DNA of 64,000 nt from Acidimicrobiales bacterium (GTDB lineage: Bacteria > Actinomycetota > Acidimicrobiia > Acidimicrobiales > Bin134), in contig OZ242339.1 in NCBI GenBank assembly GCA_965208505.1, forward strand, positions 1,407,715-1,471,714. The letters are read 5' to 3'. The notes under the pieces are model-generated. The model searched no databases. It had not been told where the DNA came from and worked only from the letters and a program-made list of their open reading frames with translations. Every line of letters begins with the position of its first letter. Within the stretch, counting starts at the first letter, position 1. Made by a program: the position numbers and the translations under genes. Positions 1 through 8,102 of this stretch are shown in pieces.

Positions 1-502
1 GGATGTCGCTGATCTCCAAGAGGCGTTCCACATCGGACGCGGCATAGGCCAGCATGTGATCGGGCAGGGGCCGTTGGAACCAATCCGACAGACGAGCCTC
101 TTTGGCCAGTTCCACGCCCAGCAGGCGATCATGAAGTGTGGCCAACGACGGCGAGTTGTAGCCGATGAACCCGGCACCGATCTGGGTGTCAAACATTCTC
201 CGAGGCCGAGTCCCGCACTCGTGGTACAGCACTTCCAAGTCCTGCTCGGCGGCATGGAGCACAGCTAGTCCCCCACCGTCCAGCAGCTTGGCCAGCGGGG
301 TGATGGGAACCGCCAACGGGTCGATGACTGCCAACTGGTCATGCCAGGCGATCTGGACCAGGGCCAAGCGAGGGTAGTAGGTGCGCTCGCGGTGGAACTC
401 TGTGTCCAGTGCGTAAGCATCCGCGGCCGACGCGTCGGCCACCACGGTCGACAGCCTGCGACGGGTAGTGATCGGCTCCGGAAGACTGCTATTGCCGCTC
501 AA
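1..502 (-). CDS. rnd: Ribonuclease D (DEDD 3'-5' exonuclease), N-terminal part; gene runs off the left window edge
   Basis: Absent from the ORF track because there is no stop in the window. My reverse-strand translation from a TTG at 502-500 reads LSGNSSLPEPITTRRRLSTVVADASAADAYALDTEFHRERTYYPRLALVQIAWHDQLAVIDPL...VLHAAEQDLEVL...FDTQIGAGF...RLSDWFQRPL...YAASDVERL. These are typical RNase D Exo I-III motifs. The TTG overlaps the rhodanese stop (TTGA). Start codon is uncertain. Confidence 0.8.
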   Translation of the reverse strand, partial: MSGNSSLPEPITTRRRLSTVVADASAADAYALDTEFHRERTYYPRLALVQIAWHDQLAVIDPLAVPITPLAKLLDGGGLAVLHAAEQDLEVLYHECGTRPRRMFDTQIGAGFIGYNSPSLATLHDRLLGVELAKEARLSDWFQRPLPDHMLAYAASDVERLLEISDI

Positions 503-819
503 TCGACTGCCGGCCCGGTATCGAAGGGGTAGCCCGCCTCCACCCACCCTTTGGTGCCCCCGGCCACGTTTGTGCAGCTCCAGCCCTGTGCGGTCAGGTA
601 TTCAGCGGCCTTGAAGCTTCGCCCGCCGACACCGCAGATCATGTACAGGCGCTCGTCGGGCAGTTCCGCGGCCCGCTCGGGAATGGTGGCCAAAGGAATT
701 AGAACCGCCCCGGACACGTGGGCCTCGGCGAATTCGTCGGGTTCTCGCACGTCGATAAGCGCTATGTCTCCCGACAACAGCTCAGCCAGCTCCGCGACGC
801 TGATCTCGGGGATTTCCAC
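499..819 (-). CDS. Single-domain rhodanese-like sulfurtransferase
   Basis: 106 aa with LIDVREPDEF and the active-site loop CGVGGRS followed by GGTKGW. Confidence 0.85.
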   Translation of the reverse strand: MEIPEISVAELAELLSGDIALIDVREPDEFAEAHVSGAVLIPLATIPERAAELPDERLYMICGVGGRSFKAAEYLTAQGWSCTNVAGGTKGWVEAGYPFDTGPAVD

Positions 820-864
820 CTTGGATAGGTTAGTGGGTGATGGCTGCCGGTCTGGCTGACCTCG

Positions 865-1437
865 CTAGCCGAGGTCTTCATGGCTGTCGATGTCGGCTAC
901 CGCTGACGGGGGAGCCGGCACGTCGACGACGTCGGCTTCATCGAGAAGGGAGGCCATGGCGCGCCGACCCGACTCGAACAGGCGCTCGGCCAGTGCTGCG
1001 GCTTGGGATTCGATGGCCACGGGCAGGTAGTGGCGGCGCTGATCGGTGAACACCGCAGCAGCCGGGGTGTCGTCAGGGGATCCCAACCTGATGGCCTGCA
1101 CCAAAGCGGCCACGTCATCGGGGCCGATACCGGGAAGATCACAGGGCAAGATCACGGCAATCGGGTACTGGGCCTCCTTCAACACTGAGGCGACTGCACC
1201 CAGGGGGCCTTCGCCCGGCCATCGGTCGGGAATATGAACGGCATCGGCAACTGTCGCCGCCTCCTCCAATCGGGCGTCTGCCCCGCCGACGATCAGCCGC
1301 TGCGAGGCCCCGGCCAGCGCGTCTAGGGCGTAGGCGATGAGCCACCTGTCCCCCACCTCCAAGAACGCCTTGTCGATGCCCATCCGCCGGCTCTGCCCGC
1401 CGGCCAACACCGCACCGGTGAATTGCGGGCGATCCAA
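865..1437 (-). CDS. mobA: Molybdenum cofactor guanylyltransferase (MobA-like NTP transferase)
   Basis: N-terminal GAVLAGGQSRRMGIDKAFLEV motif, PCDLP motif, about 190 aa. Confidence 0.8.
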   Translation of the reverse strand: MDRPQFTGAVLAGGQSRRMGIDKAFLEVGDRWLIAYALDALAGASQRLIVGGADARLEEAATVADAVHIPDRWPGEGPLGAVASVLKEAQYPIAVILPCDLPGIGPDDVAALVQAIRLGSPDDTPAAAVFTDQRRHYLPVAIESQAAALAERLFESGRRAMASLLDEADVVDVPAPPSAVADIDSHEDLG

Positions 1438-1443
1438 GGACTG

Positions 1444-2007
1444 CTAGCCCCCGTAGTTCATGCGGGTGTCCTCCATGCGCAGGACTGGGGTGTCCTCTTC
1501 GCTCTGGAAGCCGCAGTCCACCACCTCGCCGATGAACAGGGTATGGGCGCCGGTCACCACCGCATCGCACACCACGCAGTCGAGATAGGCGGGGGCGCAG
1601 TCCAAGATAGGCGCACCTGTGACCCCTTCATGGAACGCGAAGCCGTTGAGGGTCATCTCCGCCAAGTCCACCTCCACCGGTTTGGTGAACTTGCGGACGA
1701 TGGCCCGGTCTTCTCGGGCGATGGTACACAGGCTGAACACCCCGCCCTCGGATATGAGCTCGTGGGTGTAGGCCGGATGCTCCACGCCGATACCCACTAG
1801 CTTGGGCTCAAATGCCAGTTGGGTGGCCCAGTTGAGGGTCATGCCGTTGCGCCGCTCCCCCGCCCGCGACCCCACCACGTAGAGGCCGTAGGGCAGGCTC
1901 CACAGCACCCGCCTGCGAAGCCGGTCGTAGCCGTCTTGGGCCTCGGGATCATCCTCCACATGCTCCGGGAACGGTCCGATGGGTCCGGTTCCACCGGGCG
2001 CCGCCAT
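1444..2007 (-). CDS. Flavin reductase-like (FMN-binding split-barrel) protein
   Basis: GLYVVGSRAGERRNGMTLNWATQLAFEPKLVGIGVE pattern, typical of the flavin reductase domain family. Confidence 0.7.
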   Translation of the reverse strand: MAAPGGTGPIGPFPEHVEDDPEAQDGYDRLRRRVLWSLPYGLYVVGSRAGERRNGMTLNWATQLAFEPKLVGIGVEHPAYTHELISEGGVFSLCTIAREDRAIVRKFTKPVEVDLAEMTLNGFAFHEGVTGAPILDCAPAYLDCVVCDAVVTGAHTLFIGEVVDCGFQSEEDTPVLRMEDTRMNYGG

Positions 2008-2008
2008 A

Positions 2009-2455
2009 TCAAGCGTTCCAGTCGGTAGGAGGCCACGACGGGTCGAGTTGATGCAAAAAGAGCAGGCAGCGTTCTTCCTCGTCCTTTTCCCCGATCGCGG
2101 ACGCAGTGGCCTGCAATCCGGCCAAGGCTCGCAGAAAGCCTCGGTTCACCTCGTGGGTCCAGCGCACATAGCCCGATCCCCGCCAGCCGTTCTGACGCAG
2201 TCGGTCCAACCCCCGGTGATAGCCCACTCGGAAGGCGGCATAGGCCTCCGCATGGTCCCGGGCCAACAGCCCCAGCCGGGCCCAGCCGTCCAAGAAGCGG
2301 GGAAACTGAGCCACGACCTCGGCAACGGCATCTCTTCGGCGTTCCTCGGGCTGGTTCATAGCCTCGGCCAGCGCGGCCACCGCCAGCGGCGGTTCGGGGT
2401 CCAGAATTGTCTCAGGGGGCCCCGACCGGGTGAGGTTCACCGGTGCATCGCTCAT
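2009..2455 (-). CDS. DUF3151-family protein (actinobacterial conserved hypothetical)
   Basis: 148 aa. The FPRFLDGWARLG...AYAAFRVGYHRGLDRLRQNGWRGSGYVRW...NRGFLR pattern is recalled as DUF3151. It sits next to pyk. Confidence 0.65.
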   Translation of the reverse strand: MSDAPVNLTRSGPPETILDPEPPLAVAALAEAMNQPEERRRDAVAEVVAQFPRFLDGWARLGLLARDHAEAYAAFRVGYHRGLDRLRQNGWRGSGYVRWTHEVNRGFLRALAGLQATASAIGEKDEEERCLLFLHQLDPSWPPTDWNA

Positions 2456-2474
2456 GGCTGCAATCCTCCTACGG

Positions 2475-3914
2475 TCAGTTGATGCGTACCAAGCGGAGCA
2501 CGTCAGTGGCCTCGGTCATACCGGCTACCACCGCCGCCACATCTCCGGGCACGACATGGCCTTTTTCTTTGGCTTGGTTCAGAGCTTCGGCCACTCGGGC
2601 CTCGTAGCTGCCCTTCTCATAGGCCAGCATCGGTGTGACCCCCCAACTCAGCGTCAGCTGCTGAACGGTGCGCTCCGATGTGCTGAACCCCAAGATGGCC
2701 GCCTGGGGGCGGAATCGAGCCATTGAACGCACCGTGAAACCCGAGGCCGAGACGCAGATGATGGCCGCCAGGTTCAGTTCGTTCGCCGCGGTAGCCGCAG
2801 CGCCGGTCATGGCGTCGGTTACCGAGGTCGGGGCGTCGGCATCGGTCATGCGCAGGCGGCGGATGTTCTCCCCCCAGCGGACATAGTCGAACTCCTCATC
2901 AGCCCGCTGGGCGATCCGGGCCATGGTGGCCACCGTGGCCGCCGGGTGGGCGCCGATGGCGGTCTCGGCCGACAGCATGACTGCGCTGGTCCCGTCGAAC
3001 ACCGCGTTGGCGACATCGGATACCTCGGCTCGGGTCGGGGTCGAAGCCTGGACCATGGAGTCCAACATCTGGGTGGCGGTGATTACCGGCAAGCCACCGG
3101 CAATGCAGTCCCGGATGATCCGCTTTTGAAGATGCGGGGTCTCTTCCATGAGGCACTCGGTGCCCAGATCACCGCGGGCCACCATGATGCCGGCTGAGGC
3201 TTCGATGATGTCCTCCAGATTCTGAACTGCCGCTTGGGTCTCGATCTTGGCTATCACCAGCGGACCAGCGGGATGGGGCTCCACGTTCACCCGGCGAATG
3301 TCGTCTCCCGACCGCACGAATGAGACGGCCACCATGTCCACCGACTCGCTGACGAACGCGTCCAGATTCCGCAGGTCTTCCGGTGTCGGCGTGGACATGC
3401 TGAGCCGGTCAGACGGGATGCGAAAACCAGGCCGCCCGTGAATCACGTCTCCGTGGAGTATCAGGGCCGTGGCCCGGTCTCCTGAGATGTCGACAATTTC
3501 GAGCAGCACCTGCCCGTCACCGAGCGCTACCTGGTCGCCAACCGCAATGTCATGGAACAGGTCCTCATAGTCCACCTCCACCACTGCGGCGGAGCTGTTG
3601 GTGTCGCCCACCCTGATCTCCACCTCGGAGTCGGGCCGCAGCTCCACGCCCTCTTGTCCGAAGCTGGCAGTGCGAACTTTCGGGCCGGGCAAGTCCACCA
3701 GGACTCCCACGCGCCGGCCTGCCTCCTCGGCCACCTGCCGAACCAGGTGCATACGCCCAAGAGCCTCATCCAGCGTTCCATGGGCCAACCCGATGCGAGC
3801 CACATCCATGCCCGCGTCCACCATGGCCCGCAGCATCTGGGGTGACTCCGAGGCTGGGCCAATGGTGGCGATGATCTTGGTACGGCGGGGCACGAGAGCT
3901 AACGCTACCGCCAA
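2475..3914 (-). CDS. pyk: Pyruvate kinase
   Basis: RRTKIIATIGPAS, MDVARIGLAHG, MVARGDLG and ITATQMLDSM motifs; 479 aa. Confidence 0.95.
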   Translation of the reverse strand: MAVALALVPRRTKIIATIGPASESPQMLRAMVDAGMDVARIGLAHGTLDEALGRMHLVRQVAEEAGRRVGVLVDLPGPKVRTASFGQEGVELRPDSEVEIRVGDTNSSAAVVEVDYEDLFHDIAVGDQVALGDGQVLLEIVDISGDRATALILHGDVIHGRPGFRIPSDRLSMSTPTPEDLRNLDAFVSESVDMVAVSFVRSGDDIRRVNVEPHPAGPLVIAKIETQAAVQNLEDIIEASAGIMVARGDLGTECLMEETPHLQKRIIRDCIAGGLPVITATQMLDSMVQASTPTRAEVSDVANAVFDGTSAVMLSAETAIGAHPAATVATMARIAQRADEEFDYVRWGENIRRLRMTDADAPTSVTDAMTGAAATAANELNLAAIICVSASGFTVRSMARFRPQAAILGFSTSERTVQQLTLSWGVTPMLAYEKGSYEARVAEALNQAKEKGHVVPGDVAAVVAGMTEATDVLRLVRIN

Positions 3915-3943
3915 GCCCCGCTCAAATGGCGGTCTGACGCCCG

Positions 3944-4735
3944 CTAGTTCATGCGAGCTCGAGCCAGGGTGGCCAGCCGCTGAAGCTGCTCTTCGTCATC
4001 GTCGCCGGCAACCTGGGCCAACTGCTCGAATCGACGGGCAGCCTCGTCGAATCGACCCCGCTCCATGTTGATCATTCCAAGTTGCCTCGCCTCACCGGCT
4101 GGGACTGATGGGCACATCGTCCGCAGTTCCAGCACCCATTCCAGGTTGGCGTAGTCCTTGTTCTGGGCGTAGATAGCTCGCAGATTTCCCAACATCCGTT
4201 CCATGATCGATGGGTGGTCGACCGGCGCCAAATACGCGGGGTGGAAGCCCTTGTCGCCCCCTGTTAGCTGATGGAAAAGCGTCTCGCAGCCCTGGGCATC
4301 GAGCAGCGCTCCCCCGGCGAACACATCGAAGAACGCGTCGGGCTCGTTGCGATCACGGATCAGAAAGTGGCCGGGCAGTCCGATGCCCTCGAACTTGTAG
4401 CCGGTGCGCTGTCCGATAGCGATAGTGAGCACGGCAAGGCTGATCGGGATGCCGGTGCGCCGGCGCACGACTTCGTTAAGAAATGAGTTGCGAGGGTCGT
4501 AGTATTCCGTTCGATTGCCGTGAAAACCCAGATCGCCGAACAGCGAGAGCAGCATTTGCTCTCGGCTGGAGCGGTCGCATCGCTCAGCCAGCACATCCAA
4601 CCGCTTGAACTCGGCCTCGGCATCCATGCCGGGACACCCATGGGCTGCAATGCACAGCGCGCCCTCATCAAGGGCAAACTCCTCATTCTGAAGCAGCTGG
4701 CTGAACCTCTTGGCTGGCTCCCAATCCACGATCAA
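3944..4735 (-). CDS. SirB1-like transglutaminase-fold / TPR protein (UPF0162-like)
   Basis: 263 aa. The GIPISLAVLTIAIGQRTGYKFEGIGLPGHFLIR core and a C-terminal TPR-like helical region resemble the SirB1 family. Confidence 0.6.
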   Translation of the reverse strand: MIVDWEPAKRFSQLLQNEEFALDEGALCIAAHGCPGMDAEAEFKRLDVLAERCDRSSREQMLLSLFGDLGFHGNRTEYYDPRNSFLNEVVRRRTGIPISLAVLTIAIGQRTGYKFEGIGLPGHFLIRDRNEPDAFFDVFAGGALLDAQGCETLFHQLTGGDKGFHPAYLAPVDHPSIMERMLGNLRAIYAQNKDYANLEWVLELRTMCPSVPAGEARQLGMINMERGRFDEAARRFEQLAQVAGDDDEEQLQRLATLARARMN

Positions 4736-4766
4736 GAAATCTATCTCGGCAGATAGTCTTTCGCCG

Positions 4767-5522
4767 GTGACACTCTGGACGTTCCTCGATCACGATGGCC
4801 CGATTCCCATCGCCCACCGGGGCGGGGCTGCGGAGGGGCCGGAGAACACGATGGCCGCATTCGCCGCGGCCGTGGGTCTCGGCTATCGCTATGTCGAAAC
4901 CGATGTCCACGCCACCCGAGACGGGGTGCTGGTGGCATTCCACGATGAAGGGTTGAAGCGGCTTAGCGGTCGCCCAGAATCTATCGCCGACCTCAACTGG
5001 CGAGACCTCGAAACGGTGCGGGTCGGCGGAGGGCACGCCATCCCCCGCTTCGAGGAACTGTTGGAAGCCTGGCCTGATCTCCGAATAGCGGTTGATCCCA
5101 AGCAAGACAATGCCACCGTCCCGCTGATCGGGGCGCTTCAGCGGGCCGACGCCATTGACCGAGCCTGCGTCGGATCATTCTCCGGCCGCCGGTTGGCCTT
5201 GGCGCGGCGGCTAGGCGGACCTCGGTTATGCACTGGACTCAGCCCCAAAGAAGTCGGGCGGCTCCAAGCCGCCTCAACCGGGCTACCCGTAAAGGTCAAG
5301 GCCGGTGCGTGCGCCCAGGTTCCCCCCACCGCCAAGGGTGTTCCGCTGGTCCACCAGCGATTCGTCGATGCGGCCCACACCCAAGGACTGGCGGTGCACG
5401 TGTGGACTATCGACGAAGCCGACGAGATGAAACGGCTCCTACAACTCGGGGTGGACGGCATCATGACTGATCGGCCCACTGTGTTGCGCGACGTGCTCAT
5501 GGAGCTCGGAGCGTGGAGTTGA
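4767..5522 (+). CDS. Glycerophosphodiester phosphodiesterase (GDPD family)
   Basis: IAHRGGAAEGPENTMAAFAAAVGLGYRYVETDVHATRDGVLVAFHD motif. The track start 4710 overlaps the divergent gene, so the in-frame GTG at 4767 is preferred. Confidence 0.85.
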   Translation: MTLWTFLDHDGPIPIAHRGGAAEGPENTMAAFAAAVGLGYRYVETDVHATRDGVLVAFHDEGLKRLSGRPESIADLNWRDLETVRVGGGHAIPRFEELLEAWPDLRIAVDPKQDNATVPLIGALQRADAIDRACVGSFSGRRLALARRLGGPRLCTGLSPKEVGRLQAASTGLPVKVKAGACAQVPPTAKGVPLVHQRFVDAAHTQGLAVHVWTIDEADEMKRLLQLGVDGIMTDRPTVLRDVLMELGAWS

Positions 5523-5629
5523 GGGGTTCCTTCACGCTCAACATCGACCTTAACCCTGTGGTTAAATCGTGGTTTCTTGGGGATTTCTACTGACACCCGT
5601 GGAAAACCCTGTGGATTTTAGATTTCCGC

Positions 5630-5657
5630 TTGACCTGGCTTTTCTCCGCGCTATGGT
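5630..5657 (+). promoter_or_regulatory. Sigma-A-type promoter candidate: TTGACC, 16 nt spacer, TATGGT
   Basis: TTGACC at 5630-5635 and TATGGT (fits TANNNT) at 5652-5657, in a locally AT-richer stretch upstream of the structured region. Confidence 0.4.
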
Positions 5658-5659
5658 GT

Positions 5660-5905
5660 GCCCACCTACCAGAGACGAGCGGGTTGAACTCGAAAGAGTC
5701 CGCAGGGTCACTGAAACGGACCGAGGAAGTCGGTGGCACCACCGAAAGCCCCGGATCGGGAAGGTGGCCAGGTGCCGCGAGGACTTGGGAGGTAGGTACC
5801 GGGGAACCGGGGGGCGCAAGCCCGCTGAGGCTCCGGAACCGCACGGGACGGCCCCGAGAAGTCGACCGGTTTCGGCCGGGAGGCTACTCGGGGTCTCCTG
5901 CTTTA
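5660..5905 (+). ncRNA. Candidate structured RNA (unclassified): long 5' leader of the hydrolase gene or an independent sRNA
   Basis: About 430 nt non-coding gap. GNRA-capped hairpins occur on the + strand only: ACTC-GAAA-GAGT (5688-5699), ACCGA-GGAAG-TCGGT (5720-5734), CCGG-GGAA-CCGG (5799-5810), GGGC-GCAA-GCCC (5812-5823). A long-range GCAGGG (5703-5708) / CCCTGC (5907-5912) pairing and a 7 bp CCCCGAG (5852-5858) / CTCGGGG (5887-5893) stem followed by TCTCCTGCTTT are also present. Class not recognised. Confidence 0.35.
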
Positions 5906-5952
5906 ACCCTGCACTTCGCAATTCAGCCATTTCCTCTAAGTAGGGTGGCGCC

Positions 5953-6636
5953 GTGAGCGGACCTGCTGTCGCATTGCTGCACGGACTGGCCGGCTCGGCC
6001 CGGAGAACCTGGGGAGACAATGCCTGGTTCGACCTTCTGGCCGACGCCGATCGGGAAGTGATCGGGGTGGACCTCATGGGCCATGGGACCGCCCCCAAGC
6101 CCCACCGTCCCGAGGGTTACGCCGATTTCGAGCAGCACGTCATCGACCACTTCCCCGAAGAGCCCATCGACGCCATCGGGTTCTCACTGGGGGCCTACAC
6201 CTTGTTGTCCATTGCCTCCCAGATGCCCGAGCGATTTCACAGGCTGGTGGTGTCCGGGGTGGGCAAGAACCTGTTCGAGCGAGACGAGGGCCATAGCCGC
6301 ATGATCCTGAACGCGGTTACCGGCGAGCCCGACCCCGAGAACCCCGAGGCCCTCCACTTCTCTACCCTGGCCGACGATCCCGAGGCCGACCGGGAAGCCC
6401 TAGCCGCCCTGATGGCCAGCCGCACCGCCTTTGACACCGATTGCCTGGGCCGTGTCGCCGTCCCCACCCTGGTGGTCGTGGGCGACAAGGACTTCGCCTA
6501 CCCCGCCGATCAGCTCGTGGGTGCCCTCCCCGACGCCCGGCTCGTCATCCTCAAAGGCGTCGACCACTTCGCCACTCCCAAGTCCTTCGACTTCATCGAC
6601 GCCGCCTTGGATTTCCTCGACGCCAAGCCCTTCTAG
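5953..6636 (+). CDS. Alpha/beta-fold hydrolase
   Basis: LLHGLAGS oxyanion region, GFSLG nucleophile elbow, C-terminal VDHF. Confidence 0.8.
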   Translation: MSGPAVALLHGLAGSARRTWGDNAWFDLLADADREVIGVDLMGHGTAPKPHRPEGYADFEQHVIDHFPEEPIDAIGFSLGAYTLLSIASQMPERFHRLVVSGVGKNLFERDEGHSRMILNAVTGEPDPENPEALHFSTLADDPEADREALAALMASRTAFDTDCLGRVAVPTLVVVGDKDFAYPADQLVGALPDARLVILKGVDHFATPKSFDFIDAALDFLDAKPF

Positions 6637-6641
6637 CCGAT

Positions 6642-8102
6642 CTATCGCAGCTGTTGGGCAGTGGGCACCAGGGGTACGGGCAAAAGGGTGTCGCCGGTCA
6701 GGTATTGATCGACGGCCGCGGCGCAGGCTCGTCCCTCGGCGATGGCCCACACGATGAGGCTCTGGCCTCGGCCGATGTCGCCGGCCACGAATACGCCGGG
6801 CACGGTGCTCATCCAGTTGTCCTCGCGGGCCACGTTTCCCCGGTCGGTTATCTCCACCCCCAGGTCATCAAGCAGGCCGCCGGTTTCAGGGCCGGTGAAT
6901 CCGAGGGCCAACAGCACCAAGTCGGCCTGGAACTCTCGTTCGGTTCCCTCAATCGGGTTGAACGTCATCCGACCACCCTCAAACGACTGCTGCACGTCAA
7001 TCGTGTGCAGTGCCTCCACCTTGCCGCCAGATCCGGTGAACTCCACGGTGTTGATGGCGTAGATCTGGGTACCGCCCTCCTCGTGGGCCGACGACGACCG
7101 GTACATGAGCGGCCAGGTCGGCCACGGGGTGGCGCCGGCCCGCTCATCAGGGGGGCGGGGCAATATCTCGAACTGGTGGATGGACGCCGCCCCATGGCGG
7201 TGGGCGGTGCCCAGGCAGTCGGCGCCGGTATCGCCCCCGCCGATTATGATCACATGCTTGCCAGCGGCTGAGAACGGGTGCTCGTCCAAGTCGCCCTCCT
7301 GTACCCGGTTGGACGGAGGCAGGTACTCCATCGCCTGATAGATGCCCTCCAGCTCCCGGCCGGGAATGGGCAGGTCCCGCCACTGGGTAGCCCCCCCGGC
7401 CAGCACCACTGCGTCGTAGTGACCGGTGAGCTCAGCAGCGCTGATGTCGACCCCCACGTTCACCCCAGCCTTGAACACCGTGCCCTCGGCCTCCATCTGG
7501 GCCAGCCGGCGGTCGAGGTGGCGCTTTTCCATCTTGAACTCGGGGATGCCGTAGCGCAGAAGCCCGCCAATGCGGTCGGCCCGCTCGAACACCACCACAT
7601 CGTGGCCCGCCCGAGTGAGCTGTTGGGCGGCGGCCAGCCCGGCCGGTCCCGACCCCACCACTGCCACCGAGCGGCCAGTGCGGTCGTCGCACACCACCGG
7701 GGTGATCCACCCCTCTCCCCAGGCCCGGTCCACGATCTCCACCTCGACCTGCTTGATGGTCACCGGGTCCTCGTTGATGCCCAGCACGCACGCCGCCTCA
7801 CACGGCGCCGGGCACAGCCTCCCGGTGAACTCGGGAAAGTTGTTGGTGGCGTGCAGCCGCTCGATGGCCTCGCGCCAGTGGTCCCTGTAGACGAGGTCGT
7901 TCCAGTCGGGGATCAGGTTGCCCAGCGGGCAGCCGTTGTTGCAGAAAGGGATGCCGCAGTCCATGCAGCGCGACGCCTGGGTGCGCACCGATTCGGCGTC
8001 GAAGTCCTTGTAGACCTCGTGCCAGTCTTTGATTCGCACCGGCACGGGACGGCGCACCGGCAGCTCCCGGCCGTGCTTGATGAACCCCCGAATATCACCC
8101 AT
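6642..8102 (-). CDS. gltD: Glutamate synthase small (beta) subunit, NADPH-dependent
   Basis: [10 protein letters not shown]..., Cys clusters CMDCGIPFC and [19 protein letters not shown] dinucleotide fold. Start moved to the ATG at 8102, which overlaps the gltB stop by 8 nt. Confidence 0.95.
   Translation of the reverse strand: MGDIRGFIKHGRELPVRRPVPVRIKDWHEVYKDFDAESVRTQASRCMDCGIPFCNNGCPLGNLIPDWNDLVYRDHWREAIERLHATNNFPEFTGRLCPAPCEAACVLGINEDPVTIKQVEVEIVDRAWGEGWITPVVCDDRTGRSVAVVGSGPAGLAAAQQLTRAGHDVVVFERADRIGGLLRYGIPEFKMEKRHLDRRLAQMEAEGTVFKAGVNVGVDISAAELTGHYDAVVLAGGATQWRDLPIPGRELEGIYQAMEYLPPSNRVQEGDLDEHPFSAAGKHVIIIGGGDTGADCLGTAHRHGAASIHQFEILPRPPDERAGATPWPTWPLMYRSSSAHEEGGTQIYAINTVEFTGSGGKVEALHTIDVQQSFEGGRMTFNPIEGTEREFQADLVLLALGFTGPETGGLLDDLGVEITDRGNVAREDNWMSTVPGVFVAGDIGRGQSLIVWAIAEGRACAAAVDQYLTGDTLLPVPLVPTAQQLR

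Noticed and set aside
5555-5620. DnaA-box-like repeats considered as a replication origin.
   Set aside because: There is no dnaA, dnaN or other origin-linked gene and no AT-rich unwinding element of the usual size. Only four imperfect boxes lie next to an ordinary promoter, so a transcription-factor site is more likely.
5640-5940. Tried to identify the structured intergenic RNA as RNase P RNA, tmRNA, SRP RNA, 6S RNA, or a cobalamin, TPP, glycine, c-di-GMP-I, ydaO or guanidine-I riboswitch.
   Set aside because: Key conserved strings are absent: GAGGAAAGUCC and ACAGAA.CCGGCUUA for RNase P, a tRNA-like UCCACCA end for tmRNA, GGAAGCAGC for SRP, the GCCACUG B12 box, CUGAGA for TPP, and others. 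Only weak partial resemblances were seen, and this is memory-based, so a cmscan is still needed.
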